A DNA stretch of 57,251 nt, counting the filler, from Sphacelaria rigidula (lineage: Eukaryota): the NCBI GenBank assembly GCA_964200075.2. It is 8 parts of 8 records of this genome, joined end to end, with 100 filler letters (N's around TTAATTAATTAA, not from the genome) between each part and the next. Parts side by side here need not be neighbours in the genome. Positions count along the whole stretch, not along the records: positions 1 to 7,070 come from CAXNAA020016647.1; positions 7,171 to 14,240 come from CAXNAA020016648.1; 6 more parts are not named here. One strand, written 5' to 3'. Below are positions 1 through 11,866 of this stretch, piece after piece. How positions within the stretch are numbered: the stretch's first letter is position 1; every line of letters starts with the position of its first letter. The translations under genes were made by a program, and so were the position numbers. Under the pieces are notes generated by a model. The model was not told the DNA's origin. It did no database searches and saw only the letters and a program-made list of their open reading frames with translations.

Positions 1-182
1 CATCCCGTGTGGCAGATCTTATGCTGTGCCCATGGCCCCCCCCGCACCGCCTGTGAGCACTGGCGCCCCCCCCCCCCCCCCTCCCCCCGCTCCGGCGTCT
101 GGCTCGAAGTCATGTGTGAAAGTATCAATAATGTGACTACCCCATCGTGGGTCATGTATTTCTAATGACCCCCTTTGTTCAC

Positions 183-1956
183 CTTATGTACCCTGGCAAG
201 CACGTCTGGTATGGCTATGGAAGATCTCGTCCTTTGGATTGATCGCCCGTAGAATCCTTGATGCCGCCAGCCGGTGAGATGCAGGACCGCTTCTCTGATC
301 GTCGCATTCAGCAGAGCACAGATTAGACTCTTGTACAACAATACTCTGTTCGTTTTGCTCTTATTTTTGTCATCCTTCCCACTCCCCGCCCTTCGTCGGA
401 CAAGGCCGTAGTCTCTACAGATGAACCCGACACTGCGCACAAGATATCTCGTGGTAGATGTAGTACAGTAGTCGACATTAGACATGATACTTCTCGATTT
501 GGCGCGATGTTTCCAGATTTTTCGGTGCCGAGGGGATATGCCACGTTTAACGTTTGATTCCACACCAAAATTTGGGGACCAAGATATACTAGTACCCAAC
601 ACAGATTACAAAAGGAAAATCACTTCTAGAATCTGTCTTGGACGCCTTGCAGGGTAACCAGTCGTCGGGGGTTCTACGAGCATACAGCCCCAGGTTTTCG
701 CTCCTTGATATATTTGTTCGATTGCTCTCGATTGAACCAATTTCAATCATTACGGTGATCAATCACATTGCTCAGTTTTTATTTCAATTTTCAAGTTATT
801 AATAGCGCTACAGCCGAACAACCATGGGTTGGGATAATATGAGTTCAATAGCACCCCCTCAAACACTCGAGTTCATCCCATATTGGCCCGACAGCACGAA
901 TTTGGGAAATATTTCGAGTCAACCTGTGTCTTCCAACATGCACAACAATATAACATTTCTACAACTTTCGAGTGAAAATTGCGAACAATCTGCGAAAAAT
1001 CCACGAGAGAATCCATAATCCGAAGGTTGACTACTGTACCACCAGTGACAGCCAAGAGTTTGGGGACACAGAAACCTACAGCACGTGAGTCAAACCCGGT
1101 GATGTTCGAAGGCGGCACATGCGACGCCTTTATTTTTTCTGTCATCTCAAATCTTCCACGGTGAACCACCCACAACGACAAGTGCACGACAACATGTACC
1201 CTCCAGCAGTGCGTTGCAAGGGTTCAGCATCGTCAACAGTCCCGACCTGAATGACAGGTGTACCCTAAAACTACGGCGACAGGATACTTCGATTCTTATA
1301 CGTGCCTGAACGTTTTCGAAGGTATTGTACCCGTGTGGACACACACACCCCCGAGCATGGAGAATTTGTCCACGACCGCAACGGTCTTGCCGTACTTCAC
1401 GCTCTCTAGAGCGCACTTCTGGGCAGCCGGACCCGACCCTGCAGTAGGATCGGTTGCAGCATCGTGGAAGCATCATACGCGGAAAACGTCGGCGTAAGTA
1501 CACAAGACACCAAGGGAAACGAATCTAGCAGCAGTCGAGGAACTTCGCTTGACGGTGATGTTGCACTTGAAGTGGAAGCCGTTTAGTTTGCGAGTGGGCG
1601 AGACAACCAGAAGAGTCTCGTTTTGTACAGAATAGAGAGTGTGAGTTTCTGTAGACATGCATCGTGGCTCAAGATACTTGTTGATCCAAGGCTGGCACAA
1701 ATACATACAGCAATACTATCGTCCCGGTCTGTCGGGAAAAAAGGTAGCAAATATGACTGGTTTATATCCCGTACATACCAACAATGACGAGATCAAAATG
1801 TGCACTGGATTTCGCGAGCGTTCCCCCACCGCCGCCCCCAGCCGCTGCAGCTGCTTGCTGTACATATCTTGACGATCCCAACTGCCAGTAGTTGGGTCGC
1901 CGCCGCAACTGTCCTCGGCCGGCGTTTCCAGCTGCGGAGAGTCCTACTTTGAGCAT
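183..1956 (-). CDS. sthA: Soluble pyridine nucleotide transhydrogenase (SthA/UdhA-type flavoprotein), 5' part; exons 1956-1779, 1438-1306, 294-183; continues off the contig
   Basis: The phase-compatible splice gives [24 protein letters not shown]...[89 protein letters not shown]. This has an FAD Rossmann motif (DLVIVGSGPA) and the single-Cys CxxxGTIPSK motif typical of STH, not the CxxxxC of LPD/GR. Donors are G|GTATGT, AG|GCACGT and AAG|GTGAAC (alternative exon end 192); both acceptors are CAG. Confidence 0.88.
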
Positions 1957-2450
1957 ATTCGCTATACGTAGTGTGTTTTTGCGACGCAATTTTGCGTGCT
2001 GCTTGGCGAAGCCTAAGTATGTACTAACGCGCCCTTGCTGCTTGCCTGCACCCACAACATCACGCAACACCCGAGCTCTCCGCTCGCATCGCCACATTTG
2101 ATCGTGTGTTTGCAGACCCGTGGTAAGAAAGGTATAAATGACATAAAGGAAGAATAGAACCTTTATACATAGTGTTGTTCGCAGCAGTAATTACTGCATT
2201 TTAGTTTTGAAATTTCAAATGTGTTTAGTAGAACTCTGTAAAGGATAACTAACACCACGCTCTCTATGAAGAGAGACGAAAAAACAAATGTTCATAGGAT
2301 TGGGGAGATGGAAAAAAAACATATAGGCAAAATATTAGAAAATGTTTCCATATATGCGGGCAATAGTTCTAGTGCTGTTTAAGCATCACTTGCACCGACT
2401 CTACTGTCCAAGGTTGCAAAGCAGTGCAACAAATCCTGTGCGGTACCAAG
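1957..2450. promoter_or_regulatory. Probable bidirectional promoter/5' UTR region between divergent sthA and IMPase start codons
   Basis: 494 bp between the two inferred ATGs, with an AT-rich core at about 2130-2400. No specific element was identified. Confidence 0.5.
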
Positions 2451-5400
2451 ATGCTGGCGACTTTCAGCATTGGTATACTGGCCTTGGCAAGCTTGGAGAT
2501 CTTCTCTGCGCATCCCAAACACTGCCAATCCTTCGTTCCGCAACCTTCATCCGTCAAACGACACCGTCGATCTCCACCGGCACTATCAACAGTACGACGC
2601 GAGAAGATTCGAACGGGCACAGGCATGGCAACTACTGCTGCTACCACTGGGCAATTCTTGTTTTCTTCTGCGCCTGCTGACGAGCAGCAAGGCGTATTGG
2701 ATGATGTAGCACCCAACGCACAGACGTTATCCGAGGTTAGGATCATCTTCAGGACTGTAGACGGCAGCAAATAGTTAGATTCATGCAACGCAAACACACA
2801 AGCTCAGACGAAGTGCGTGGAGATACGTAATGTAATGTACACACGGATACATACACTATTTGAAGATGTTGCGGAACAACTCGCTGGAGTCAGTCCGCTT
2901 AGGGTTTCGAGTGCGAGAATCGATTAGGAGGGCGGGTTAACAGATCGCTCTACATCTAAATGTCATTGCTGCAAGATTATGTTTACGAGCATGTATTATC
3001 TTGTAGTGTGATGAGTTTCAAGGATGCCAGTTGCATCCTACTCCGGTCCTACAAAGGATATCATACGTACAGGATCTATCGCTTGACCGGTTGGTCGGCG
3101 GGTTTCGATAACGCCTTCACCGCCAGGGTGGGGGTCACCGGATTCGCCATCATTTTCATTTTCGCTTGAAAAATGATTGTGAGACCTACGATCACCCGCC
3201 CTGGCGGTTAATTGGTTGAAGCGCAACAAAACGACGAGTACTAAACGGACGAAACAACAGCAGTGACTTTCACGTCTACGGTTCAGCTGTTCATAGTAAT
3301 GGAGTGTCTTAGGCTGTGTCTTCGCGCATCAGTTTTCGATCGAAGAAGTGCGGTGGAACACAAAAATCCCGATCTGATAGGTCGCGATTTCAACCGTCTT
3401 CAACAATAACAACGATGGTTGATATTACGACCTATCAAATGGGGATTTTTGTTTTCCACCGCACAATTTTGATCGAAAACTAATGGGATAAGACACGCCC
3501 TTAGCACATCAGTTTTAAAACGAAATTGTGCGGTGGACAACAAGAATCCCGATCTGGTAGGTCGTAATTTCAACCATCTTCAAAATTGACGACGATGGTT
3601 AAAATCAGCACCTATGAGATCAAGATTTCTGTATTCCCCTGCAGTTTTTCGATCGAAAAATGATGTGCTAAGCCCAACTCTTATGGGAGCGTTTAGAATT
3701 TTATTTTGCAATAATTCTAAATGACTTTTTTTTTTCCTTTGCCGTGGTTGTGTATTTCGTGCCCGTTCACCATGATGATGAAGAAAAAATAAAACTCCTC
3801 TGAAATTGTTGCAAAATAAAATTTCAAACGCTCCCATAAAAGCTGGCATAAGACCGACTCTAATGGGAGCCGTTCAAAATTCCTGCTCAAAACTGCCTTT
3901 TTGGCCCTTCTCCGTCGTTTTACGCCTGAAAAGAGGGCTAGGCGATTGACGCCTCGGAATGACTTGCTCTACCAATCTAGGCCGTTCCAGGGCAACCTTG
4001 CATTTCCCGCTGGTCGCACTTTCATTTTTGGCCGAACACGGATTTCCAACAAAAAACGGTCAAGCGATCAGAAAACAGGGGGAAATTTTGATCACCCGAC
4101 TGTTTTTTACTGAAAATCCGTGCCTCGCCTGATTCCGCCAGAAACAAAAGTACGGCCGGCGGGAAAAGCAAAGTTGCCCTAGAACGGCCTCAACGAGTAG
4201 AGCAAGTCATTCCAAGGCGTCAACATCCGCCTAGCCCTCTTTTCGGGCGTAAATCGAAGGAGAAGGGTCAAAAAGGCAGTTTTGAACAGGAATTTTGAAC
4301 GGCTGCCATTAGAGTTGGCCTAAGACACGGTCCAATTGAGGGCCAAGAAAGCGCACGCTCATCACATTATAAGAAAGTGTATGCGTACAGCATCGACAAT
4401 TGCGTCTTCAGTAGCGTTCTGCTCCACATAAACATGCCGTCCATGCTGTCTTGAGTAGACGGTAGGGGCACAATTTTGATTTTGTGGGGGGTTAACGGTC
4501 ATGCTACTCTACAACGTAGCTGTATTCATCGCCGCATGCACGGGTTCACGGTGTTTTGTATAAAAGTATAGGCCCGGTGCAACTGGCCCCTCATCACCGA
4601 AACGGCCACGCCGTGTCTTGCTTCCCTCTGAGGTAGTCTATGCTGTGACCACGGCTAGTACAACTAATCAATCAGTCTATGTATCACTTACTATACGTGC
4701 ATGGACACTGTGGAACATGGGGAAACAGTGCTGAAGAAATCAAGTTTATCGTCGCACGATGTACCATCAACGAGAGGGGTGAATACTCCTGTACGTTTCG
4801 CAACGCGAGAAGAACTATGGCTCACGGTTTCTGACAAAACTTCTCCGCCGTAAACATGTCGTATAAATACCGCTTGTTTGGTGCTTGGCCTCAACGACCC
4901 TAGGTTCTCGCGGCAGCGGTGCACGCGGCCAGCGAAGCCGGCGCTCTGATGAAGGCCAAGATAGGGGCCGACGTCCTCAAGACAAAGTTCAACCCTAAGG
5001 ATTTGCTCACAGAGGTCGATGCGGAGTGCCAAAGGGCCATCGAAAAGGTACACGGACCTGCCCAGATACTGCAGTCGACTGGAGATTCTGTACTCAACTC
5101 ACGTGCAGTATATTGTACTTCATTCAGAAGATCAGTATGTACTGACAAGTAATCCTGCAATGTTGGTGAGCCATCATGATATACTCTGGCAAAGTCGCAA
5201 TCCGATTTTCGCATCAGATGCCAACTGAATAAAAACAGTTGCTCTCTTTTATCTTACATTTGTAAACAACAGGTGGTGTCTAAGCAGTTCCCCGACCACG
5301 CGCTACTGGGAGAGGAGAACGTTGCGCCCGGGGCGGAGGCGTCTACCGTGGCGCTTAACCAAGCGTTGGGGGACGGGGAGAATGGGGGCCAGTCGGACTG

Positions 5401-6219
5401 GCTTTGGATCGTGGATCCAATTGATGGAACCACGAACTTTGTCCACGGGATGCCGCTGAGCGCTGTTTCGATTGGCATTTCGTACCGGGGGCAGGTGGTG
5501 GTAGGTGAGGTGGAGAGTGAGAGTACGGGCGGTAAACGGGGGAACAGGACATAGGCTAGAAAGGTGGACAGTAGAAAATGACAAGAATAAATAGGGGGGG
5601 GGGGGGGGGGGGGGGATCATTGTTTTGTTTGAGGTGTTTTGTGGGAGTAGGCGNNNNNNNNNNACAGAACGCGCACGGGAGAAGGTCGTGGGCAGAGAGC
5701 CAGTGGGGGCATGGGGGCCGCAGTGGGGTAAAGCGTAGCGTACTCATTTGTTGCTTGCCTTAGTCGTTTGACCATTGGCCACGCATCCCTTTCGAGACGG
5801 ATAAATAGGGGTGGATGAATGGATAGGTAGATAGGTGGTGGCACAGACGGGCCCTTTTGTGCTTGTCGTCACTTGGGCTTGCTGGTCATACTGTGCGAGC
5901 GGGACGGTCACGCAGACGGATAGGCAGAAGATGTGTAGATGCCATTTGCTGAGGTCCCCTATTTTGTCACTTGTATCCGGCACATCACAGGAGACACCGC
6001 ATGGTGTAAATGTAGATGCAGTAGTCCGCTCACCTTACGGGAGAACGTGTGGTGCTCTCTCTCTCCATTGTTTCGCCGGCACTGTGCTTTCCTTTTTCGA
6101 CGTACCGAACCCCCCCATGATTAGGATGCATCTACGATCCTTTCCGAGACGAGCTATTTACGGCGACAAGGGGCAACGGCGCCTTCCTCAACGGCTTGCA
6201 GATGACCGTTGGCGACCAG
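2451..6219 (+). CDS. Inositol monophosphatase family protein, probably plastid-targeted, 5' part; exons 2451-2735, 4904-5047, 5273-5504, 6125-6219
   Basis: The spliced product contains DLLTEVDAECQ, FPDHALLGEE, WIVDPIDGTTNFVHGMP (IMPase metal-binding signature) and GCIYDPFRDELFTATRGNGAFLNG. All introns are GT-AG with matching phases (0,0,1). Exon 1 encodes a hydrophobic leader, then CQS-FVP, then an S/R/T-rich stretch. The exon 1 assignment is less certain than exons 2-4. Confidence 0.9.
3312..4320. mobile_element. Four abutting palindromic MITEs (3312-3500, 3504-3668, 3672-3848, 3852-4320), PIF/Harbinger (Tourist)-like, in IMPase intron 1
   Basis: Each unit is a long imperfect inverted repeat (e.g. 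CTCTAATGGGAGCCGTTCAAAATTCCTG ... CAGGAATTTTGAACGGCTGCCATTAGAG). Each is bounded by TTA or TAA trinucleotides at 3309, 3501, 3669, 3849 and 4321. Confidence 0.8.
5738..5800 (-). mobile_element. Extreme 3' end fragment of the LINE family
   Basis: TACTCATTTGTTGCTTGCCTTAGTCGTTTGACCATTGGCCACGCATCCCTTTCGAGACGG matches the terminus of the RT-bearing copies at 13174 and 21900. Confidence 0.75.
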
Positions 6220-7018
6220 GTGAGCATATCTTGAGGTCAAGAGGGAAAATATCCCTAACGTACGAGATTCGGGGTCATCGTGCAGTCGTGGTGTTGCGCT
6301 CGCGGATTTTTTCATTCACATATGCACTTTCAAACGCTCTCGTGCACTGATGGATGAGGGCGAATATCCCGGATTTTGAAAGTGAAATCCAACAAGGGCA
6401 GGTAGCGGAGGTTATGTGCTTTTGAGTACTCGAGTAAAATACCGATGTATTTTTTCTACCCAAGTTTTGAGTAATTTAGGTACGATTTCAGTACTCTACA
6501 AAGAAATTGGGTAGAGTTAGCTGGGTATGATCTTAATACTCCACCCCAAAAAAGGGTCAAGGTGAGTATCATCTCCGTACTCTGTCCAAAAATGGGTACG
6601 TGATCTCAGCAACACCCGGGTATACAGTACCACTTGGGTCCTCCCCAAAAAATTGGGTCAGATGGGTATGATCTTAACACTGTACCCAATCTTTGGGTCA
6701 CTCATCTCAGCAACGCCTAGGTACAGAGTAACACTTGGGTATGAACTTAGTACTCTGCCCTAATTTTGGGTAGAGTTGGGTTTGATCTCAATACTATACT
6801 CGAATTATGAATAGAGAATCTTCGTAAGAATATCTGGTATAGAGTAACGCAAAAAAACGTCTTGTCCCGGAAGCCGCTTGATTTTTTCGTGAGGGTACTC
6901 GAATCAATGCAACGAGCGCCACGTGATGAAGAAACAAAAATCAAAAGATTGAAAGACGAAAAATGGCCTCAGTGCACAAAAGCATATGTCAACCGCTGCT
7001 GCTGATTTACCCAAAGGC

Positions 7019-7036
7019 TTATTATTATTGTTATTA

Positions 7037-7070
<34 letters not shown>
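7019..7070. repeat. (ATT)n/(TTG) microsatellite at contig end
   Basis: Directly visible. Confidence 0.95.
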
Positions 7071-7170
7071 NNNNNNNNNNNNNNNNNNNNNNNNNNNNNN
7101 NNNNNNNNNNNNNNTTAATTAATTAANNNNNNNNNNNNNNNNNNNNNNNNNNNNNNNNNNNNNNNNNNNN
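7071..7170. other. Artificial contig linker (N44-TTAATTAATTAA-N44); identical linkers at 14241-14340, 21410-21509, 28579-28678, 35748-35847, 42916-43015, 50084-50183
   Basis: Seven identical 100-nt spacers with stops in all six frames. The contigs between them are 7070, 7070, 7069, 7069, 7069, 7068, 7068 and 7068 bp. Confidence 0.98.
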
Positions 7171-10100
7171 CAATCCAGATCTGGAAAATTCCTATCCGCT
7201 TCTGCACAAAAGCTCGATTCTTCTCGAACACAGAATCTAACATTTCTCGCAGATCTCACCAAAGGTGGTGGTGAAAGTGATTCCCTCCGACAGCAGGACG
7301 GTTGACAGTTGACTGACGCAATTTGCTTGATTGGATTGATTGTTGCACGTTAACTCACCCGCCACGAATCCAGCCGTGTTTGCCCGAGAGACGTGCCCGA
7401 GGTGAACAAGCAGAGACAGTAGTCGCCGAAGAAAAACTCGAGCAAGGGAAAGATATGAGGAAGAAAGGACACGTAACAACAGAGCACACCGAGAAAGAAA
7501 AAAAACAGAGAAGACACGTGGGCGCCGTAATCCACCGTGGAGTGTACAGTAACTCGCCTGTCGGATCAATCACACACCCTCGACAATGGATGACATTGTC
7601 GAAATGTTTACTGCATACACTATCGACTATCGCGTCTATTACAGTTGACAAATGATGTGATACTGTACGCAGTACATTTCTTTACAAATGTTGTCCATCA
7701 TCCAGGGTGTGAGATATAGCCAACGCTGGGAAGAGTGACGCTCAGGTGAGCCGATTTTGCTGCTACCGCAGTACTATTGCTGACAGTCCAGCATGCTCTG
7801 CTGCAGAAGCCAAATTATATCAACGTCCAATCCCCAAATCTCGTGAACGACTACGAATTTCTACATATCGAATCGAGAGCTACTACGGCCCCCAATCGAA
7901 CCGATTGTGCATGCTGCACATCTCAGCGTCTGACAAGTTGATCCTAAACTGCTCCTCGAACGTGAGACACACTGTTTCGGGGTGGTTTATTTTTTGTTCG
8001 TTCTCTCGCCACGAAAGCAGAACGTATTCATAAACACACAACAACGTGCAGAATGGGATAGCCCCCAATCTCTTTCCCTTCCAAGGATACCTACCGGCCG
8101 CGCCTTCGTAGGTGCTGTGAATCTCATACGTGACTCTCCAAACGCGTCGATGTCGGTGCAACGCGGCGCAACAGGAGACAAAATACAGCGTGGTGGATAT
8201 TTTTCTGTTTCTTGTTTTTCTTGTCTATTGATCACGTACCACGCTACAATAGTGCGTGACGTACCGTACAACGGTCAAACACCACCCCCCACAGAACCTG
8301 GCCCGGTGAAAAACCGGCGAGCTCCGTCTCGACTTTGTAAGGATGCGAGACCAATGGTTTCACGACTGAGGCATGCGAAACCATGAGTACGCGCCCCTTC
8401 TCATATCCCTAGCCTCCCGAGTTTCGCTTCAAACTACTCTCTTCTACGATGAACACGACGGGTTTTCATCGGATTTCCGTCTACATGGGACGAGCGATCT
8501 GCGTGCGTTCACGAGCGGCACACGGAACCGCACTGCCTATGGAGTAGTACGCCTTTAGCTTAGTCTATTTTCATAGTGGCATATGGGTAACATGCGCCAG
8601 CGGCCATGCGTGAGGAAGTCTAACATGTGCACGGGTACAAAGATAGCAAAACCCCCGTGCGTGCTACTCAGATTTTGTGACGACGCGTTTCTTTCGACCA
8701 ATAAGTTTCTGGGAAATTCCCCCCCCCATGCCCCCCCCCCCACGAAGCTGGTAAAAATGGCAACGTAGACCGCGTGACGGCATCCACGTTTCAATGTTCT
8801 TCCGCTTCAAAGGGCCGCGGTTGGCGTCAGTCGCGACCTAAGGAACACTGGCCAATCTCATTTCATCGGTTGTGTCTTCGGTCAATCCGAAAACAGCGCG
8901 CATGCCCAAGCTACTGTACCACTCTTCTGTCACGAGAAATCAGAACAAGGAGAAAACAAAAGAAGCTCTAAAGCTCAAACCGACAAACGAATTTCAAGCA
9001 CAAAACCAACATCGTAGGTCATTTGTACGCAAAAATAAATGGTATATAGAACGAAGGGAATTTCTTGCGCTTATTTCCTCACCCTCGTTGACAGCGAAAC
9101 ATCCAATAACACCACCCCGTTCCAAGTTCATGTTGCAATCAATGCTTAATTAATTGCACCCGGTCAATATGTGTCACACACAACCTGCCACACAACCCTG
9201 ATTATTTTCCATTCGATCTGCGTCTTCATTCATCCCTGCTGAAGAAGCGACTGCACAACAGTATGTTACCCCACCTCCACGTCATACTCCGATTAATTGT
9301 AACATGCAGTGCAGTCACGCCTGACCAAGCTTTCAGTTTAAGCACCTGAATGAGCACCCGGAATACCCAAGAGACACATGGCAAATTTATATGTATAGAT
9401 ACACATATATGACGGCGTAGCATATTTGGAAGCAACGAAACAACAAGAGAGACCGGTGCCAACCTGGCCAGGCAGATGTTCTACAAAATGGACGCAAAGG
9501 TCAATTACAATTCATTCGACGTTATTCGGTGAGGAAGGGACCACTTTTTTTCAACACGCGACATCACCCTTCTTTTCAAACCACAATCGATCTCACCCTC
9601 ATATCCAGGCTCAAAACGGCCCTGTACTGACAGCGGGTGAAGATCCAAGACCACCCCCCCCTTCCCCCCTCTCCGCTGCCTGTTATAGATGGGAGACACA
9701 TCTCGAAACGGAATCGGAACCGAACGATGGCGACATACGTACCTGGTTTGAAATCAGCGGCGGTGTTGCTGTATCTGCAAGCAGCCAGAGCCGGGCTGAG
9801 TCAGGAGGGCTAGCTTCGCTCGGGCAAATATTGTTCCGAAAATTGACGGCACAAACTGCCGCTATTTTATTTTATCACCGTACAGCACTTATAAAAATAA
9901 AATAAAAAACGGAACGGGAGTTTGCCTCACAAGTTTCTTTTTCAATGTGACGGACGAACTATCTCGACAGCTACAATCCATGCGTGATATACAAAACACG
10001 CACACACGCAGGTAAATAAAATGTAGGTACGCCCGTCCATCGTGACAAATCTCTTCCTTCTGCCGCATCACGCAATAATACACCCTTTCCAACGACGGCG

Positions 10101-11529
10101 CAAGTTCCGCCGAAATCAGTAGCACCCACTGCAGTCGTTCGACATGCAAAAAAAAAAAGAAGAAAAAAATGAAGTTTGGTAAACGTCGGTACTTTAGTCC
10201 CTGTACAGAGAGAGTTCGCGGCATTTTCTGCGCGGATTCATGGCTTTGGCTTTCTGGGCCTCCCTCTGCCCCTTGTCGGTCGTGAGACACCGTCGCGTGC
10301 AATTGCTGGTGATCCTGCTGCATGAATTTTGAGGGAAAAAAAAAAACGATGACAGCGAGCAAGCAAAAAAAGGAGCAAGCGGCGATTTGTATTATAATAT
10401 TTTCTTCAATGTGCGTAATTTTCAAGTGCCGACACGTCAACCAGTAGCACAGGAGTGGACCGACGAACACAATCGCTTTTGAACCTCGTGCATACAAGAA
10501 CGAGGCCGGCTGTCGGCTCAACAAAAGGATGATGCCATACTCGGCCGAGAGGAGAATGATCTGTGCACCAGTCGCCGTGCTGGCATTGCAGTACTACAGA
10601 TGACAAGCAAAACATATTCTCTATCTAGACTTGACAGATCGGTATATTCAGATGTGCGGACAATACTACACACTACACTCAAATTATTTTATCCGTACCG
10701 AACAGATCGTTGTGTTCGGTGGCATTCTCAGGCGGTATATTTTCACCTGTATTGGAAAGCCTTCTGTGCAGTGACATGAAAATCAGTTACTTCAATGTAA
10801 GGTGGATGATGACTTCTCCCGTTAAAATAAATGCCCAGGAAAAACTTGCAGGCGTCACCGAGTGCAACAATCGATATGGTTCCATCAACGGCAAACCTCG
10901 TCCGGTCACCCTGGACCTGCTTCACTGCATCACCTTTCTCTAGAGATAGGCTAACAGACCGAATCCGTGCACAATGAAAACACTTTGTGCGCGAACGTCA
11001 CTGAGTGGTAGCAGCGAGTAAAAGCACCGTCGGCACTTCGCGACCTCAGCGACATGCCCCCCACTAGATGAGTGAGCTTTACACGCGTTCAGGCCTAGGG
11101 ACGTTTGATAGAGCTCGGAAATAGTACCATAGTACCAGTTATAACTGGCCATTATCATTATAATGGTATTGATGGTAATGGGTAACTTGAAATTCTTGGA
11201 TACAGTAATGGTTTCAAACCATTTTTTTTCACCTTTACCGGCTTTATAAGCCGATACCGGCCACGTATGCTACATAGAGCACACGTATTTTTTAGCTCTA
11301 GTGAAGCCACATCGCGTAAAAACGTGCCTGCGGCACGGCGGGGCCCCCTCTGCCGGGAGGGGGGGGGGGGGAGCTTTTTGGCTCGCGGCTTCGCCGCTCG
11401 ACGACCAAACCAGCATGTACCATTCAACTGCTTAATGGTTAGGCAAGCCATTTCCAAGCTCTAACGTTTGATCTTTCGGCTGCGGGTCTGAGTGAATACA
11501 CTTCATGCTATGGACAAAAAATAGAAACT

Positions 11530-11866
11530 GGGGGGAGGGGGAGGAGGAGGGGGAGGGGCGTATTCATATGTTCCTTGCCCTAGTCATCTGGCCGTTGACC
11601 ACGCATCGCTTTCGAGACGGAGTACCGTTCCTATCCCTAATAGAGACACCTTCAACATTTTGGTGCTCAGTACGTTTTCCCCATACATTACAAGTACCCA
11701 AGAACCTTTCACATATCTTATCCCCTTCCTGTTTCGCCGTCTGTGCCCATCTATCTCCTAGTGTAGCGACCATTCTCTCGCTACTAATCTATTTCACCAA
11801 ACAACTCCATTTCACATCCGTTTATTCCTCACGTTTCCCCCTTCAACATGTCGCTTTCCCGCGTAC
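11530..11866 (-). mobile_element. 5'-truncated LINE fragment (3' end)
   Basis: Shares the terminus ...CTAGTCATCTGGCCGTTGACCACGCATCGCTTTCGAGACGG and the adjacent ATAGAGACACCTTCAACATTT with the copies at 13174 and 21900. It is flanked by a G/GGA run. Confidence 0.75.

Noticed and set aside
183-1956. Dihydrolipoamide dehydrogenase or glutathione reductase call, or bacterial contamination
   Set aside because: The second redox Cys is replaced (CVHTGT) and the downstream REAVLHLTG fits STH. Spliceosomal introns and linkage to an intron-containing IMPase gene exclude a bacterial contig.
6420-6900. TTGGGT/GAGTAC-rich degenerate repeats as a defined transposon
   Set aside because: The repetition is visible, but no TIR pair or TSD could be established.
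8078-8095. U12-type donor GTATCCTT on the minus strand
   Set aside because: An ordinary GTAGGT donor lies immediately upstream, no U12 branch site was seen, and there is no supported gene model.
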